Virus record (IMG/VR): IMGVR_UViG_3300011420_000010
Coordinates: 1-51,578 of that record
Origin: a virus
Lineage: Duplodnaviria; Caudoviricetes
Reading direction: 5' to 3' (one strand)
DNA: 51,578 nucleotides
In this document: positions 35,979-45,501 of the stretch, in pieces
How positions within the stretch are numbered: position 1 is the first letter of the stretch
Layout: the number at the start of each line of letters is the position of its first letter
Position numbers and translations under genes: made by a program
Notes under the pieces: model-generated
The model's input: the letters and a program-made list of their open reading frames with translations, nothing else
Told to the model about the DNA's origin: nothing
Databases searched by the model: none

Positions 35979-38900
35979 CTAGTAAAGGGATACGTACCGA
36001 GTCAAGCTACCTGCCGCTCCCGAGACCGCTGCGCTTGAGCCGGCGTGTTCGACATCTCGACGGACGAGACCCTGAACCGCGGCGGACGTCACGAAGATCG
36101 ATGCCGCGAAGGCCCGGTCCCTACTCAAGGAGGCCGCGGTCGATGTCGTCGATGCGCATGTCCCGCTGAACCCGGCGTGCTTCAGCACTGAACCGGACAC
36201 CGAGCTCAGTGCAGAGACGGTACCGACGAGGTCGACATTCTTTCGTAGGATGGCAGATGCCCCAGTTGAAGAAGCGATTGCACCCTGCAATCCCCATGTC
36301 GAGTTCAGGCGGCCCGTCGAGGTCGTCGTCGACGCCACCGTCCCCGTCAATGCGCGGTCGTTGCCAAGCGTACCGCCGCTCGTCGTCTGGCATGTGATCG
36401 CTCCAGAGAGTTCGACGTCTTCGCGAAGGATGCCTGCCGTGGAGGCCGCGGCCGTGCAGGTTCCCGCCAGACGCAATGGACGCTGGAAGTTGCCGGTCGC
36501 CGCGGACTGGGCCGACACCGTCTCCGACATCAGCTTGGTCGCCCGCAGGATGGCCGGCGCAGCGGACTGCACCGCGACGGTTCCGACGAGCAGACGATCG
36601 ACGTGGAGAGCAGCCGCGGCTGCGGACTGTGCGGTGACCGTTCCGACGAACGGCGGCTCTCGTCGCAGTAAGCCGGTCACATCGGCGACAGCCGCAACCG
36701 CGGCGCTCAATCCACGCTCCCGACGAGCATCCGCGGCCGCAGACGTTGTGCATGCAACCGCCCCTTCCAGACCGCTGGCACGGTCAAGCTCCGCGGTGGC
36801 GTTGCTTGCGGCCGACACGTTGCCTGCGACTTGGCGATCGACGCGAAGGTGCGCGGTCGCAGAGGAGGTGGCAGCGACTGCGCCGCTCATGGGAGTGTAT
36901 CGAGAGAGCAGACCCGCGGCAGTCGTCGTCGCCGCCAGGGCACCGACGAGTTCGCGATCCGCGTGCATATGTCCGGACACCGTCGCGGTGAATCCGGTCA
37001 CGGTCTGCAATGTATCGGTCGACTTGAGGAACCCGACTGCAGTTGTCTGCGCGTTGACCGTTCCGACCAGCTCCTTGTCTGCTGCCAGGATACCGGCCAT
37101 CGTGGAGGCCGCCGTGACCGTGCCACGCAAGGCCGGTTCCTGGAGCAGATTGGCGGTAATGGAAACCACCGCGGCGATCTCGCCTTGCAGCTCCACGTAT
37201 CGTGAGAGCAGGGCAGTGGACGTTGATGCCGCGGCGGATGTACCCGCAAGCTTACGGTCGATGGACAGTGCACCGACCGGCGTGCACACCGCAGCGACGG
37301 AGCCTTGCGACGTGCCCAGTTCGACGCTGAGGATGCTCGGCCCGACGACCGAGATCATGTCGATGCGGTCCGTCTCCATGTTCATGCCAGGTCCGTCGAC
37401 CGAGAGGCTGGCCTCGCTGAACGACTGCGCCGCGACACCGTCGGTGGGCGGGCTGGAGAGCGAGGCCTCCAGCTCGACGAAGGTTGGCGTCCACAGCGGT
37501 GTATCGTGCACGACCGACAGGACGTTGACGCCGGTGTCCTCCTCTTCGTCCCACTTGAAGAAGAGGTTCGGCATGCCGAGACCGGAGTCGAGCGATGCGA
37601 ACTGCAGCGTGCCGGTTCCGGCGTCGGTCGCCTTGATGAAGAAGACGATCTTCGTGCCGACCCATCCGGCACGGTCGACCAGCTCCTGGATGAGTGACGT
37701 GACGTCGTAGTTGAGGATCTCCGGGTCCATGCCGAAGGCACGCGACTCGATCGTCTCGGCCGTGGTCAACGCCATGCCATCGGCAGAAGCTACCGATGTC
37801 GGAGCGGCCGGATCGTCGGCATCGACCGCCTTAATGACGATGTCGACGGTGTCGGTGTTGCCGCCGACAAGCTTGAGTTGAAGGTTCGCACCGCTGATCG
37901 TCTGGCCTTGCGGCACCGCGACACCGTCAAATGTGACGAACGCATGAGTTCCCGAGCCAGTCGAATTGAGGTTGAGAGTCGAGCCAGCGACGTCGAACGT
38001 AGCTCCACCTTCAGTCCAGTAGCCATCCTCGGCAGAGGCATCGACATGGTCGTTGTAGGCATAGTATCGATTCGATTCGAGGGAGACGAAGCGGCCGTAC
38101 AGCAGGTCGCTTGGACCGACGGTCGAGACCGCGGCGACGGTGCCAGCCAATGGCATGTCTCGGCCAAGCGTTCCGTTGACCGTCGACTGCGCGGCGACCT
38201 CGCCCAGGAGCCGCTCCGGGAGTTCGAGGCCCGGTCCACTGTCCGCCACCGTCGACACAGCCGCGACGGTGCCGATCAAGGAGACGATGCGCGTCGCATG
38301 GCCCGCAGCCGTGGACACCGCGGCGACGGTTCCGTCAATGCAGTAGGGCGAGACGCTGAGTCGAGCCGCGGTGCCGCCGCTCTGCGCCGCGACCGTGCCA
38401 GAGAGTGCGCTGTTCCAGTTCATCGTGCCGCTTGCGGCGGACACGGCGTCGACTGTACCCTCCATCTTCTTCAGCGTGGTGAAGTACCCGACGCACGTCG
38501 ACACAGCGGCGACGGTTCCCGCCAACGCCTGGTAGACGGTGTAGTACGCAGTCAGCTCGCCGATGACGTCGACGAACATCGTGTCGCCGCCACCACCGGA
38601 CCATTGATGATGCACGCCAAAGCCTGCATCGTTGAGATGGACGCCTAGCAGCGTCATCGCCCAAGGGTCCGTCGGGCCGCCGTAGACCTTCGTCGTATCG
38701 CTGCCAGTCCAGGTGCCCTCGTCGCCGGCTTTGTCTTCGCTGCTGCCCGCGGCGTTCTCGATGAGGTTGACGTTCTCGTCTTGGACTCCGCCCGACTGCC
38801 GACCTTCGACCGTGTACTCCAAGCCGAGGAGCGTTGCGTCGGCGGGCAGGCTGAACCCGTAGTCGAGCATCTCCAGGGTACAGTTCGTATCACCGCCACC

Positions 38901-39011
38901 GAACAACGCAGACGCGTACGCGTCGTCGGACGCTTCGGCATTCGCGAGGTCCACGAACGCAGCTTCGCCGACGGAGTTGATCGTTCCCGGTGTTCGTGTC
39001 TGTTGCGACAT
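35979..39011 (-). CDS. Large fibre/adhesin-like protein with ~21-aa repeats and a central DNRLRE-like domain
   Basis: Many LxGTVxAxSxxxGxL units; the central region reads FDGVAVPQGQTISGANL...DVTSLIQE. TGATG-coupled start at 39011. Confidence 0.7.
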   Translation of the reverse strand: MSQQTRTPGTINSVGEAAFVDLANAEASDDAYASALFGGGDTNCTLEMLDYGFSLPADATLLGLEYTVEGRQSGGVQDENVNLIENAAGSSEDKAGDEGTWTGSDTTKVYGGPTDPWAMTLLGVHLNDAGFGVHHQWSGGGGDTMFVDVIGELTAYYTVYQALAGTVAAVSTCVGYFTTLKKMEGTVDAVSAASGTMNWNSALSGTVAAQSGGTAARLSVSPYCIDGTVAAVSTAAGHATRIVSLIGTVAAVSTVADSGPGLELPERLLGEVAAQSTVNGTLGRDMPLAGTVAAVSTVGPSDLLYGRFVSLESNRYYAYNDHVDASAEDGYWTEGGATFDVAGSTLNLNSTGSGTHAFVTFDGVAVPQGQTISGANLQLKLVGGNTDTVDIVIKAVDADDPAAPTSVASADGMALTTAETIESRAFGMDPEILNYDVTSLIQELVDRAGWVGTKIVFFIKATDAGTGTLQFASLDSGLGMPNLFFKWDEEEDTGVNVLSVVHDTPLWTPTFVELEASLSSPPTDGVAAQSFSEASLSVDGPGMNMETDRIDMISVVGPSILSVELGTSQGSVAAVCTPVGALSIDRKLAGTSAAASTSTALLSRYVELQGEIAAVVSITANLLQEPALRGTVTAASTMAGILAADKELVGTVNAQTTAVGFLKSTDTLQTVTGFTATVSGHMHADRELVGALAATTTAAGLLSRYTPMSGAVAATSSATAHLRVDRQVAGNVSAASNATAELDRASGLEGAVACTTSAAADARRERGLSAAVAAVADVTGLLRREPPFVGTVTAQSAAAAALHVDRLLVGTVAVQSAAPAILRATKLMSETVSAQSAATGNFQRPLRLAGTCTAAASTAGILREDVELSGAITCQTTSGGTLGNDRALTGTVASTTTSTGRLNSTWGLQGAIASSTGASAILRKNVDLVGTVSALSSVSGSVLKHAGFSGTCASTTSTAASLSRDRAFAASIFVTSAAVQGLVRRDVEHAGSSAAVSGAAGSLTRYVSLY

Positions 39012-39082
39012 CAGCGGTTCCGCGGGAAGTAGATGAGGAAGCAGGTGACCAGCACGACGCACACACCGAACAGCACGAGCAT
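39011..39082 (-). CDS. 23-aa hydrophobic micropeptide
   Basis: Manual translation MLVLFGVCVVLVTCFLIYFPRNR; TGATG-coupled on both sides. Confidence 0.5.
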   Translation of the reverse strand: MLVLFGVCVVLVTCFLIYFPRNR

Positions 39083-39177
39083 CACTTCATCTTCTCCGCA
39101 TGCTTGAGGATCCAGGCGGTCGCGGCCTTGATCAGGTCGACCACCGCACAGAGGAGCATCTTTACTTCCTTGTCCAT
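39082..39177 (-). CDS. 31-aa micropeptide
   Basis: Manual translation MDKEVKMLLCAVVDLIKAATAWILKHAEKMK; SD CCAGGAG. Confidence 0.55.
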   Translation of the reverse strand: MDKEVKMLLCAVVDLIKAATAWILKHAEKMK

Positions 39178-39268
39178 GACGTTCTCCTGGAGTGAGAGAG
39201 CAGCGGGCCGCGGATTTGTCGGTCCGAGACCCGCTGTGCTTCTCCCTATGACGGTCCAGACGCGCCTA

Positions 39269-39661
39269 CTAGTCGAGTGTGACGTCGAGCTCGCCGGTGT
39301 TGAACCGGGGAGTGTCGCCCGTCGTGATCGCCTTCGCGGTCGTCAGCGTGCCGTGGAACAACATGTTGCCCGCGGTCGAAGCGTCGAACGCAGCAAAGTG
39401 CGTGATCGTCCCCCAGGAGCCAGTGGCTTCCGGGAAGGTGATCTGCGCGGAGTTGCTAGTCGCACCGCCCGAGGCCGCGGCCCAGCTGTTCGCTTGGGTC
39501 CGGGCGTACGCGTTGCCCGAAGGCTCGGCGATACCGGCACCCGTGTCCAGCGGATCCGCGGTCGAGAGGGCGATGTAGATGTTCGTGGGCACCGTGAAGG
39601 CGGCGACCTTGAACACGTGGTCAAGCAGCTTGTTCTCCAAGTAGTTCGAGAACGAACCCAT
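39269..39661 (-). CDS. Conserved small virion protein (tail-fibre-associated family)
   Basis: SFSNYLENKLLDH...YAR...ITFPEATGSWGTITH...GDTPRF, a widespread phage family. Confidence 0.8.
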   Translation of the reverse strand: MGSFSNYLENKLLDHVFKVAAFTVPTNIYIALSTADPLDTGAGIAEPSGNAYARTQANSWAAASGGATSNSAQITFPEATGSWGTITHFAAFDASTAGNMLFHGTLTTAKAITTGDTPRFNTGELDVTLD

Positions 39662-39744
39662 GCGAGTCTCCTACGTAGGGGAATAGAACGGACACAACTC
39701 GCGAGGCCTGACCACCTTCACGCAACCGGGCCGCGCACCATGGT

Positions 39745-40810
39745 TTACGAAGAGGCGGAACCCGACTTATGCGTACGCTGCCGCTGGCCCAGCTTGAGGG
39801 ACTCGTTCGGCGTGGCAGCGTACTCCACCGGAGCTGCCTCGTCCTCTGGCGTCCGGTGCTCGCGGTGCTGACGCAGCCACGACGTGACACCCCAGCTCTT
39901 CCGTTCGCCGGTGTCCTTGTCGATCTCGCCGTAGATCTCTTCCTGCGACGGTAGGTACTTCGGCCGACCGTTGCTGCCATAGCCGCCGCAGTTCGCCACT
40001 GCGGTTTGTTGGACAGGGCCGGTCTCGTAGGTCTGAACGGAGATGGGGTGCAGGCGGCTGAACGTTCCGTCCGGCGTGCGGCGGAGGGGGTGGATCCGCG
40101 GGCGTCCTTGCTTGGCGGTCGGTGCAGACGCAGGAGACGTCGGTGCCGCAGTGGGCGCAGTAGGCGGAGCCGCGGCCTCCGATGGGCGGTGGGAGCAGCC
40201 AGTTTCCAGGAGGGCAACATACGGAGTCAGCGTCTCGATCGTTAGCCGCCTTCTCTCCGCACGAACAACAAGCTTCCGACGCACTGCATCCATCGACGTT
40301 GACATCGAACGCTCCTTCCTGGATGGTGAAGGAGCAGCCGGTGCACGCCAATACGAGCATGAGAATGGAACCGACCAACGCCTTCTGTGGTTTCGCTGTG
40401 AACGCTTCGAGGAACGCTCGGTTCCTTCGCTCCGCATACTCGCGGCCGATCTTCTCGCCGACCTCTTTGAACGCCTGCTCGACGCGGGCTGGTTCGAACT
40501 CGCCGCGGCCGAAGACCCAGTCCTTCATGTTGACTGCGACGGTCTTCGTATTCGCACGCCGCTCCGCCATCACCGCCTCGCGACGACCTCTGTCGAGTTC
40601 GCTGTCCTCGTCCTCGTCTTCGTCCTCTTCGTCCTCTTCGTCCTCCAGGTCGGAGTCGAGTTCGTCCTCGTCTTCGTCGTCCCAGTCCTCGTCGTCTTCG
40701 TCTTCCGCCCGGAGCCAGTCGATGAGCTTCGACCACCAGGCCCAGACGAAGATAGCCACCGCCGCAATACCTCCGCCCCACAGGATCCAAGCCGCCAGAT
40801 TGTCTCGCAT
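39745..40810 (-). CDS. Membrane protein with acidic tract and Cys-rich region; apparent frameshift near 40080
   Basis: N-terminal TM, D/E tract and second hydrophobic segment. Coding signal switches to the frame ending at 39745. Confidence 0.5.
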
Positions 40811-41164
40811 ACAAACCTCCGTGTTGAACTCGGTCCTCTCTTATATCGGCCCCACCCTTGCGAGGGGTGCTCAGGCGGGCCCTCGGTTTCAGGGGTCCTA
40901 GTTTAACCGCTAGTGGGCAAGGGGCCTTTCGGAATTTGAAGCCCGCCGATGGAAGTCCGACTGGCCACTGGCCTTATCAAATGCCACTAGGGCACTTGCT
41001 AGGACCCATTGGGCCGCGGGCAGGCCGGCTCCTCGGCCGTTCGAGTGGCCCGGTGGGAACGCGGCGGAGGCGCAAGAAGAAGGCCCGGTCGCCGCGAAGG
41101 ACGACCGAGCCAACGGCCGGGTGACAGAGGCCGGATGCGTTTAGTAGGGTATGCCTCCTTTGGG

Positions 41165-41575
41165 TTAGGGGTTGATTACCACTGCCTCCGCCATGAAGCA
41201 GATTGTATCGCCCGCGATCGGACTCCGCGGGTTCGCGACAGCGGCTTGCCCGACGAGCCGCCCGTCGTGCTTGAACAACGCGTAGCCGTGGACCGCAGGC
41301 CACGTTTGCGTCGCCTCCGGGAAGGAGATCCGTTGCGCGTTGACGAGGTGGTCGTCCTGCCATCGCCATGTACTGCACACGGCTCGACCGTATCCGGGCA
41401 CAGACAGTTCACGACCGAACACGTCGAGCAACCCGATGGACAGCTGCTGCACCGATACGTGCGGCATCTCCACCTTCGGCTTGAGGTCGGCGTCCGGTGC
41501 CGCTTGAAACACAATGCCGAACGGGATCGCCGCCGCGGCAGTCGTCTTGAGGAAGTTGCGTCGACTCGGATTCAT
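41165..41575 (-). CDS. Tat-signal protein, paralogue of 39269..39661
   Basis: MNPSRRNFLKTTAAAA signal, then YGR...ISFPEATQTW...GDTICF. Confidence 0.7.
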   Translation of the reverse strand: MNPSRRNFLKTTAAAAIPFGIVFQAAPDADLKPKVEMPHVSVQQLSIGLLDVFGRELSVPGYGRAVCSTWRWQDDHLVNAQRISFPEATQTWPAVHGYALFKHDGRLVGQAAVANPRSPIAGDTICFMAEAVVINP

Positions 41576-41609
41576 TGGTCATCTCCTGGAGGTGAAGAGC
41601 CTCGGCCGC

Positions 41610-42494
41610 TCAGTTGGTGGAACCGCCGTTGGGAACGTTGACGAGGATGCGCGGGTTCAGCCGCAGCTGGTCGTTGGTCCAGTCCTGCGCCCGCTTCAGC
41701 TGCTCCTCGTATCCGCCGTTGATGTCGCCGGTCGCCGCGAACAGCATGCCGAGCAGGCCGGAGTGCACCTGCTTCAGCCGCTTCTCCGCCGCGATGCGGT
41801 CGAGCTTCTCCCGCAAGGCCGCGGGCGTCTCTGCCTTCTCCTCGCACGTCTCCGGCTCGTCGACCAGCCGCGGCTGCCACGCACAGACGGCGTCCGTCGG
41901 AAGGTTCTCCGACCACGACGACCGCCAGTTCACGCCGTCGTACTCCGCGTCGCAGATCATCCCGTACGGTGGCATGCAGAGGACCTTGACGCGATACATC
42001 CCCGGCTCCGACGGTCGGTACTCCCTCGTTGAGACGAAGCCATCCTCATCGGCAACGCCGCGGAGAAGGACAAGGTGCGTGTCGAGGCCTTGCTGGATCA
42101 CCGCATAGGACGAAGCATCCGGGTCCGCGACGAGCGTCGGCCGCGGGTCGACGCAGCAGCCGACCTGCTTCGCATGCTCCAGCTCCTGGCGAGAACGCGG
42201 CGTCGCCACGAAGTGGGCGACGTCCGCTGCTGTCTTCGGCGGATCGGCCGCCGCACGGACGTTGTTGGCGATGCAGGCCTGAGGCTCGCCGCCCTTCGGC
42301 CATAGCGTCAGCGCCGGCCAGAAGTCTTCGTTGCCGTCGACGATGACGAACTCGTCTTCCGAATGCAGCAACGTGAACGTGTCATCGACCTCCGTTCGTG
42401 TCGGCATGCAAACCGTTTCAGAGGCCTCCTGGAAGATGCGAAGCTCGTCGAGTTCATCGGTCCGAACCAGTATCGCGAATCGTGGGTAAATCAT
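41610..42494 (-). CDS. Hypothetical protein, first gene of the late block
   Basis: 294-aa ORF with GC3-rich codons and SD TAGGA. Confidence 0.65.
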   Translation of the reverse strand: MIYPRFAILVRTDELDELRIFQEASETVCMPTRTEVDDTFTLLHSEDEFVIVDGNEDFWPALTLWPKGGEPQACIANNVRAAADPPKTAADVAHFVATPRSRQELEHAKQVGCCVDPRPTLVADPDASSYAVIQQGLDTHLVLLRGVADEDGFVSTREYRPSEPGMYRVKVLCMPPYGMICDAEYDGVNWRSSWSENLPTDAVCAWQPRLVDEPETCEEKAETPAALREKLDRIAAEKRLKQVHSGLLGMLFAATGDINGGYEEQLKRAQDWTNDQLRLNPRILVNVPNGGSTN

Positions 42495-42518
42495 GTCGGG
42501 ATTCCTAATTAATAAAAG

Positions 42519-42593
42519 GTGCAGGTTGAGGGGGTAAGGGTGGGTGGAAAACCACCGGGTAGCAGAATTAGAAGAAACGAAGCATTAGTTGAA
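42519..42593. repeat. Intergenic element copy 2; degenerate repeat of 12577..12649
   Basis: GTGCAGGTTGAGGGGGTAAGGGTGGG...CCACC...AAGCATTAGTTGAA. Confidence 0.75.
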
Positions 42594-42724
42594 CATTGTA
42601 AACTCTACTCAACGCACGCGAACTCGCTGTCCGGGCGGGCCGCGGGCACCCACCCTCCACCCCTGGTTGACGCATTTTATTCGATTCACAGTCCACCTCG
42701 TAGTTTCTAGGATGGATTGAGGTT

Positions 42725-43102
42725 TTAGCCCAATAGGAGTGGGTCCGTCTGGGAATTTGCACGGGCTGTTTTTGTCGCATTTCGGGCCAGCTCGGCAATG
42801 CAGACTGCCAGCTTCTGGACGTCCGCATGGGTGTCACTGGTGTGGGATCGGAGTGCTATCTCCATCGCCATCGACTCGATCTGTTCAAGCGAAACGTGCA
42901 TTTCGGCTCCCTTCAAATTCCCAGTACAGGTCAGTTGTATGCGATCGTCGAGACGATCCTCACGCAAGAAACGAAACGATTGCGGCCCCTGGAAACCTAA
43001 CCGAACAACACTCGGCGTGAGCCGCCCCACGCCGATCGTGTATCGCTCATCGCCGTGCACGACGAGGATGGACTGCCCGAGCTTGCGGTCGACGGCGTAC
43101 AT
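42725..43102 (-). CDS. csrA: CsrA/RsmA-like RNA-binding protein with C-terminal extension
   Basis: MYAVDRKLGQSI...VRLGFQGPQSFRFLRE matches the CsrA pattern. TGATG-coupled start. Confidence 0.7.
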   Translation of the reverse strand: MYAVDRKLGQSILVVHGDERYTIGVGRLTPSVVRLGFQGPQSFRFLREDRLDDRIQLTCTGNLKGAEMHVSLEQIESMAMEIALRSHTSDTHADVQKLAVCIAELARNATKTARANSQTDPLLLG

Positions 43103-45243
43103 CAAGGCTTCTCCCTTCCGGCCGCGGCCGAGTCGAGGTGCAGGTCGAAGGGCTTCGCGATGCTCCACAGCTGTCGCATCGTCCGTGATACACGCCACTC
43201 GTCGCCCGGTCGGCCCGGCCCGGCCGCGCGTCGAGCTGCCTTGGTGGGTGCCACCACCCCCAACAGAGCCAAGTCGCGGAGCCGCCGCTTCAACATGTCG
43301 ACGGACATGGACGACTGCTGCGCGATGTCAACGTTCCGCAAGTCCGAGCCGCCCATCTCCATCATGGCAGCCACCACATCGAGGTTGAACCCGATCGCGG
43401 TATCGAAGGCCACGCGCTCCACGAGCCGATAGACTTCATGGTCGACCTTCTTCTTGCCGCGAACCACTGCCGCGGCCATGGCCAGCTTGCTGAACTGGGC
43501 ACAGAGCCGAGTCCCGATCTCACTGACCGGGCGGTAGACAAGGTCCTCTCCGCCACTGCTGGACCAGCTCCGCTTCCACTCCACCTCGTGACGGAGCGTG
43601 GCCACGATCTCGGCGAGGCCTCCGAGTCGCAGTGCAGCCCACTCGGGCATCATCTCACGAGCCTCGCATGCGGAGACGTCGCGGTCGAGGAAGGCCAACG
43701 ACGCGGCCTTCATCCGCTTGGCCTTCTCCAGCTCATGCCCGGCCCCCATGATGATGGCGTAGTACAGCGACTGCCGCTGGCTGAAGCCCATGTCCTTCAG
43801 CTGGAACTTGAGGAAGCGTTCACCCATCGTCGCGTTGGACTCGCCGTGGATCCGGTTGGTGACGCCCGCCAAGATGTTGAAGAAGCCGCGGTACTCGCGG
43901 TACTCCCCATTGCCGAACTTTCGTTGGATGAGGCCGTCGTACGCACCACGGAAGACGCCATGGACCTGCTGCGCGTCGAAGGGGTTGAGGCCCAGGATCT
44001 CGGTCCAGTCCTTGTAGACGCAGCACATCCCGAGCATGTTGGGGATGTCCGATGGGTCCTCGCCGTTGGCTCCGAGCTTGAACCCGGAGACCAGGTTCTT
44101 CGCAGTGACCGAGCTGCGGTAGAACACCTCCTGCACCTCCTCCAATGAGAGGAGGATCTCCGTCTTCCCCGAGCCGGGCGGTCCGACGAGGAAGACCCAG
44201 AGCGGCACGCCTGGCATCTGCGTGGAGAGCGTGATGGCGTACGTCAACCAGAGCGCCTCGACGAGGTCGGGCCGCATCTTGAACTCGGCCTTCTCGAACG
44301 CGGCCACCGTCTTCTCGAACGTTGGGTTGGACTTGGGCCGCGGCCTCTTCTCCTTCTTCCGCATGTCCTCCGGTGCCGCTTGATCCGCCCGCCTGTGCTG
44401 GCGTTTGATCATCTCCTTGAACTCAGCGTACACCGTTGCGGTCGAAGCCTCCTCGTCGATGCATCGCTTCACGATATGGTCGCGGACGTCCCACTTCTCT
44501 GGGTAGGTTTCGGGCCAGCATTGGAACCGCTGCTTGAACACGACACCGTTCAAGGTCTTGACCGAGTGCTTCAAGCTGTAGGTGTCGCCATCCGCGTCGT
44601 TGTCATACCGCCAGATGACGGTGCGGTTGCGGAAGTACGGTGCCCATTCCGGCTTGAAGATGCGGGCACCCGGAACTGCGACGACGATGGCCTTGCGTTT
44701 GATGCGGCGGTTGAGCCATCGCATGGCGCCTCCATCGAACTCGCCTTCGCAGATGTCGACGGGCCAGTCCTTCTTCTTGGGGTCCAGCAGCTCGGGCAGG
44801 TTCCAGAGCGAGACCTGGCAGTCCGACGTCGACCGCGGCTTGCCGCCCGGTCGCCAGCGCCGCAGGTCGCAGACGCGGCCCTTGGCGTTGAAGTGCGGGA
44901 TGAGCCAGTCGCCCGTCAACTCGTTGAAGGCCATGCCCATGCCCTTGAAGCAGGACGCTGGCATGCCGCCGCGGGCCTTCGAGAGAGCCGCCCAGTGGCG
45001 GTCCTCCGTCTCTCCGCGGCAGTGCTCCAGCCACTGCTCAAGGAAGGTCACGAGGTTACCTGACCGTCCGCACGTGTCCGGACTCGACGAACACACCCAC
45101 TGCGTTGACTCCGGCTTCACATGGAACGACCGCGTCTTCCCGCAGAAGGGACAGTCCGACTGCATGGACTGCCCACTCCTGGAGGTGAACTCAACGCCGT
45201 GCTCCTTGAAGGGCCGGAGAGGATCCTTCTCCTTATCCGGCAT
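43102..45243 (-). CDS. Primase-helicase: Zn finger, TOPRIM, MCM-like AAA+ and wHTH
   Basis: CPFC...C...C, ICEGEFD, YDNDADG, GPPGSGKT, ERFL and GTRL. Confidence 0.8.
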   Translation of the reverse strand: MPDKEKDPLRPFKEHGVEFTSRSGQSMQSDCPFCGKTRSFHVKPESTQWVCSSSPDTCGRSGNLVTFLEQWLEHCRGETEDRHWAALSKARGGMPASCFKGMGMAFNELTGDWLIPHFNAKGRVCDLRRWRPGGKPRSTSDCQVSLWNLPELLDPKKKDWPVDICEGEFDGGAMRWLNRRIKRKAIVVAVPGARIFKPEWAPYFRNRTVIWRYDNDADGDTYSLKHSVKTLNGVVFKQRFQCWPETYPEKWDVRDHIVKRCIDEEASTATVYAEFKEMIKRQHRRADQAAPEDMRKKEKRPRPKSNPTFEKTVAAFEKAEFKMRPDLVEALWLTYAITLSTQMPGVPLWVFLVGPPGSGKTEILLSLEEVQEVFYRSSVTAKNLVSGFKLGANGEDPSDIPNMLGMCCVYKDWTEILGLNPFDAQQVHGVFRGAYDGLIQRKFGNGEYREYRGFFNILAGVTNRIHGESNATMGERFLKFQLKDMGFSQRQSLYYAIIMGAGHELEKAKRMKAASLAFLDRDVSACEAREMMPEWAALRLGGLAEIVATLRHEVEWKRSWSSSGGEDLVYRPVSEIGTRLCAQFSKLAMAAAVVRGKKKVDHEVYRLVERVAFDTAIGFNLDVVAAMMEMGGSDLRNVDIAQQSSMSVDMLKRRLRDLALLGVVAPTKAARRAAGPGRPGDEWRVSRTMRQLWSIAKPFDLHLDSAAAGREKP

Positions 45244-45487
45244 ACCGGGTGCCTCCGTTCTTGCGGTACAACCCCTCGTACACGTAGATGAGGTGGCGGT
45301 CTTCATTGCCGCCGCTCCACCCACCGATGCTGTACACGTGCTGCCATTCGTTGCAGTACGTCCGTTCGCATGCGATGGTCTCCAGTGGCGGCTCCGCCAT
45401 CTGCATCTCGATGAGCTCACATAGCCCGTCGAGTGGTCCGCGATAGTAGCGAACGTACACCATACCGACTTCGGTTTGACCGTTCAT
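45233..45487 (-). CDS. Hypothetical protein
   Basis: SD GGAGG; YYRGPLDG motif. Confidence 0.55.
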   Translation of the reverse strand: MNGQTEVGMVYVRYYRGPLDGLCELIEMQMAEPPLETIACERTYCNEWQHVYSIGGWSGGNEDRHLIYVYEGLYRKNGGTRYAG

Positions 45488-45501
45488 AGGTCCTCCGTTG
45501 G

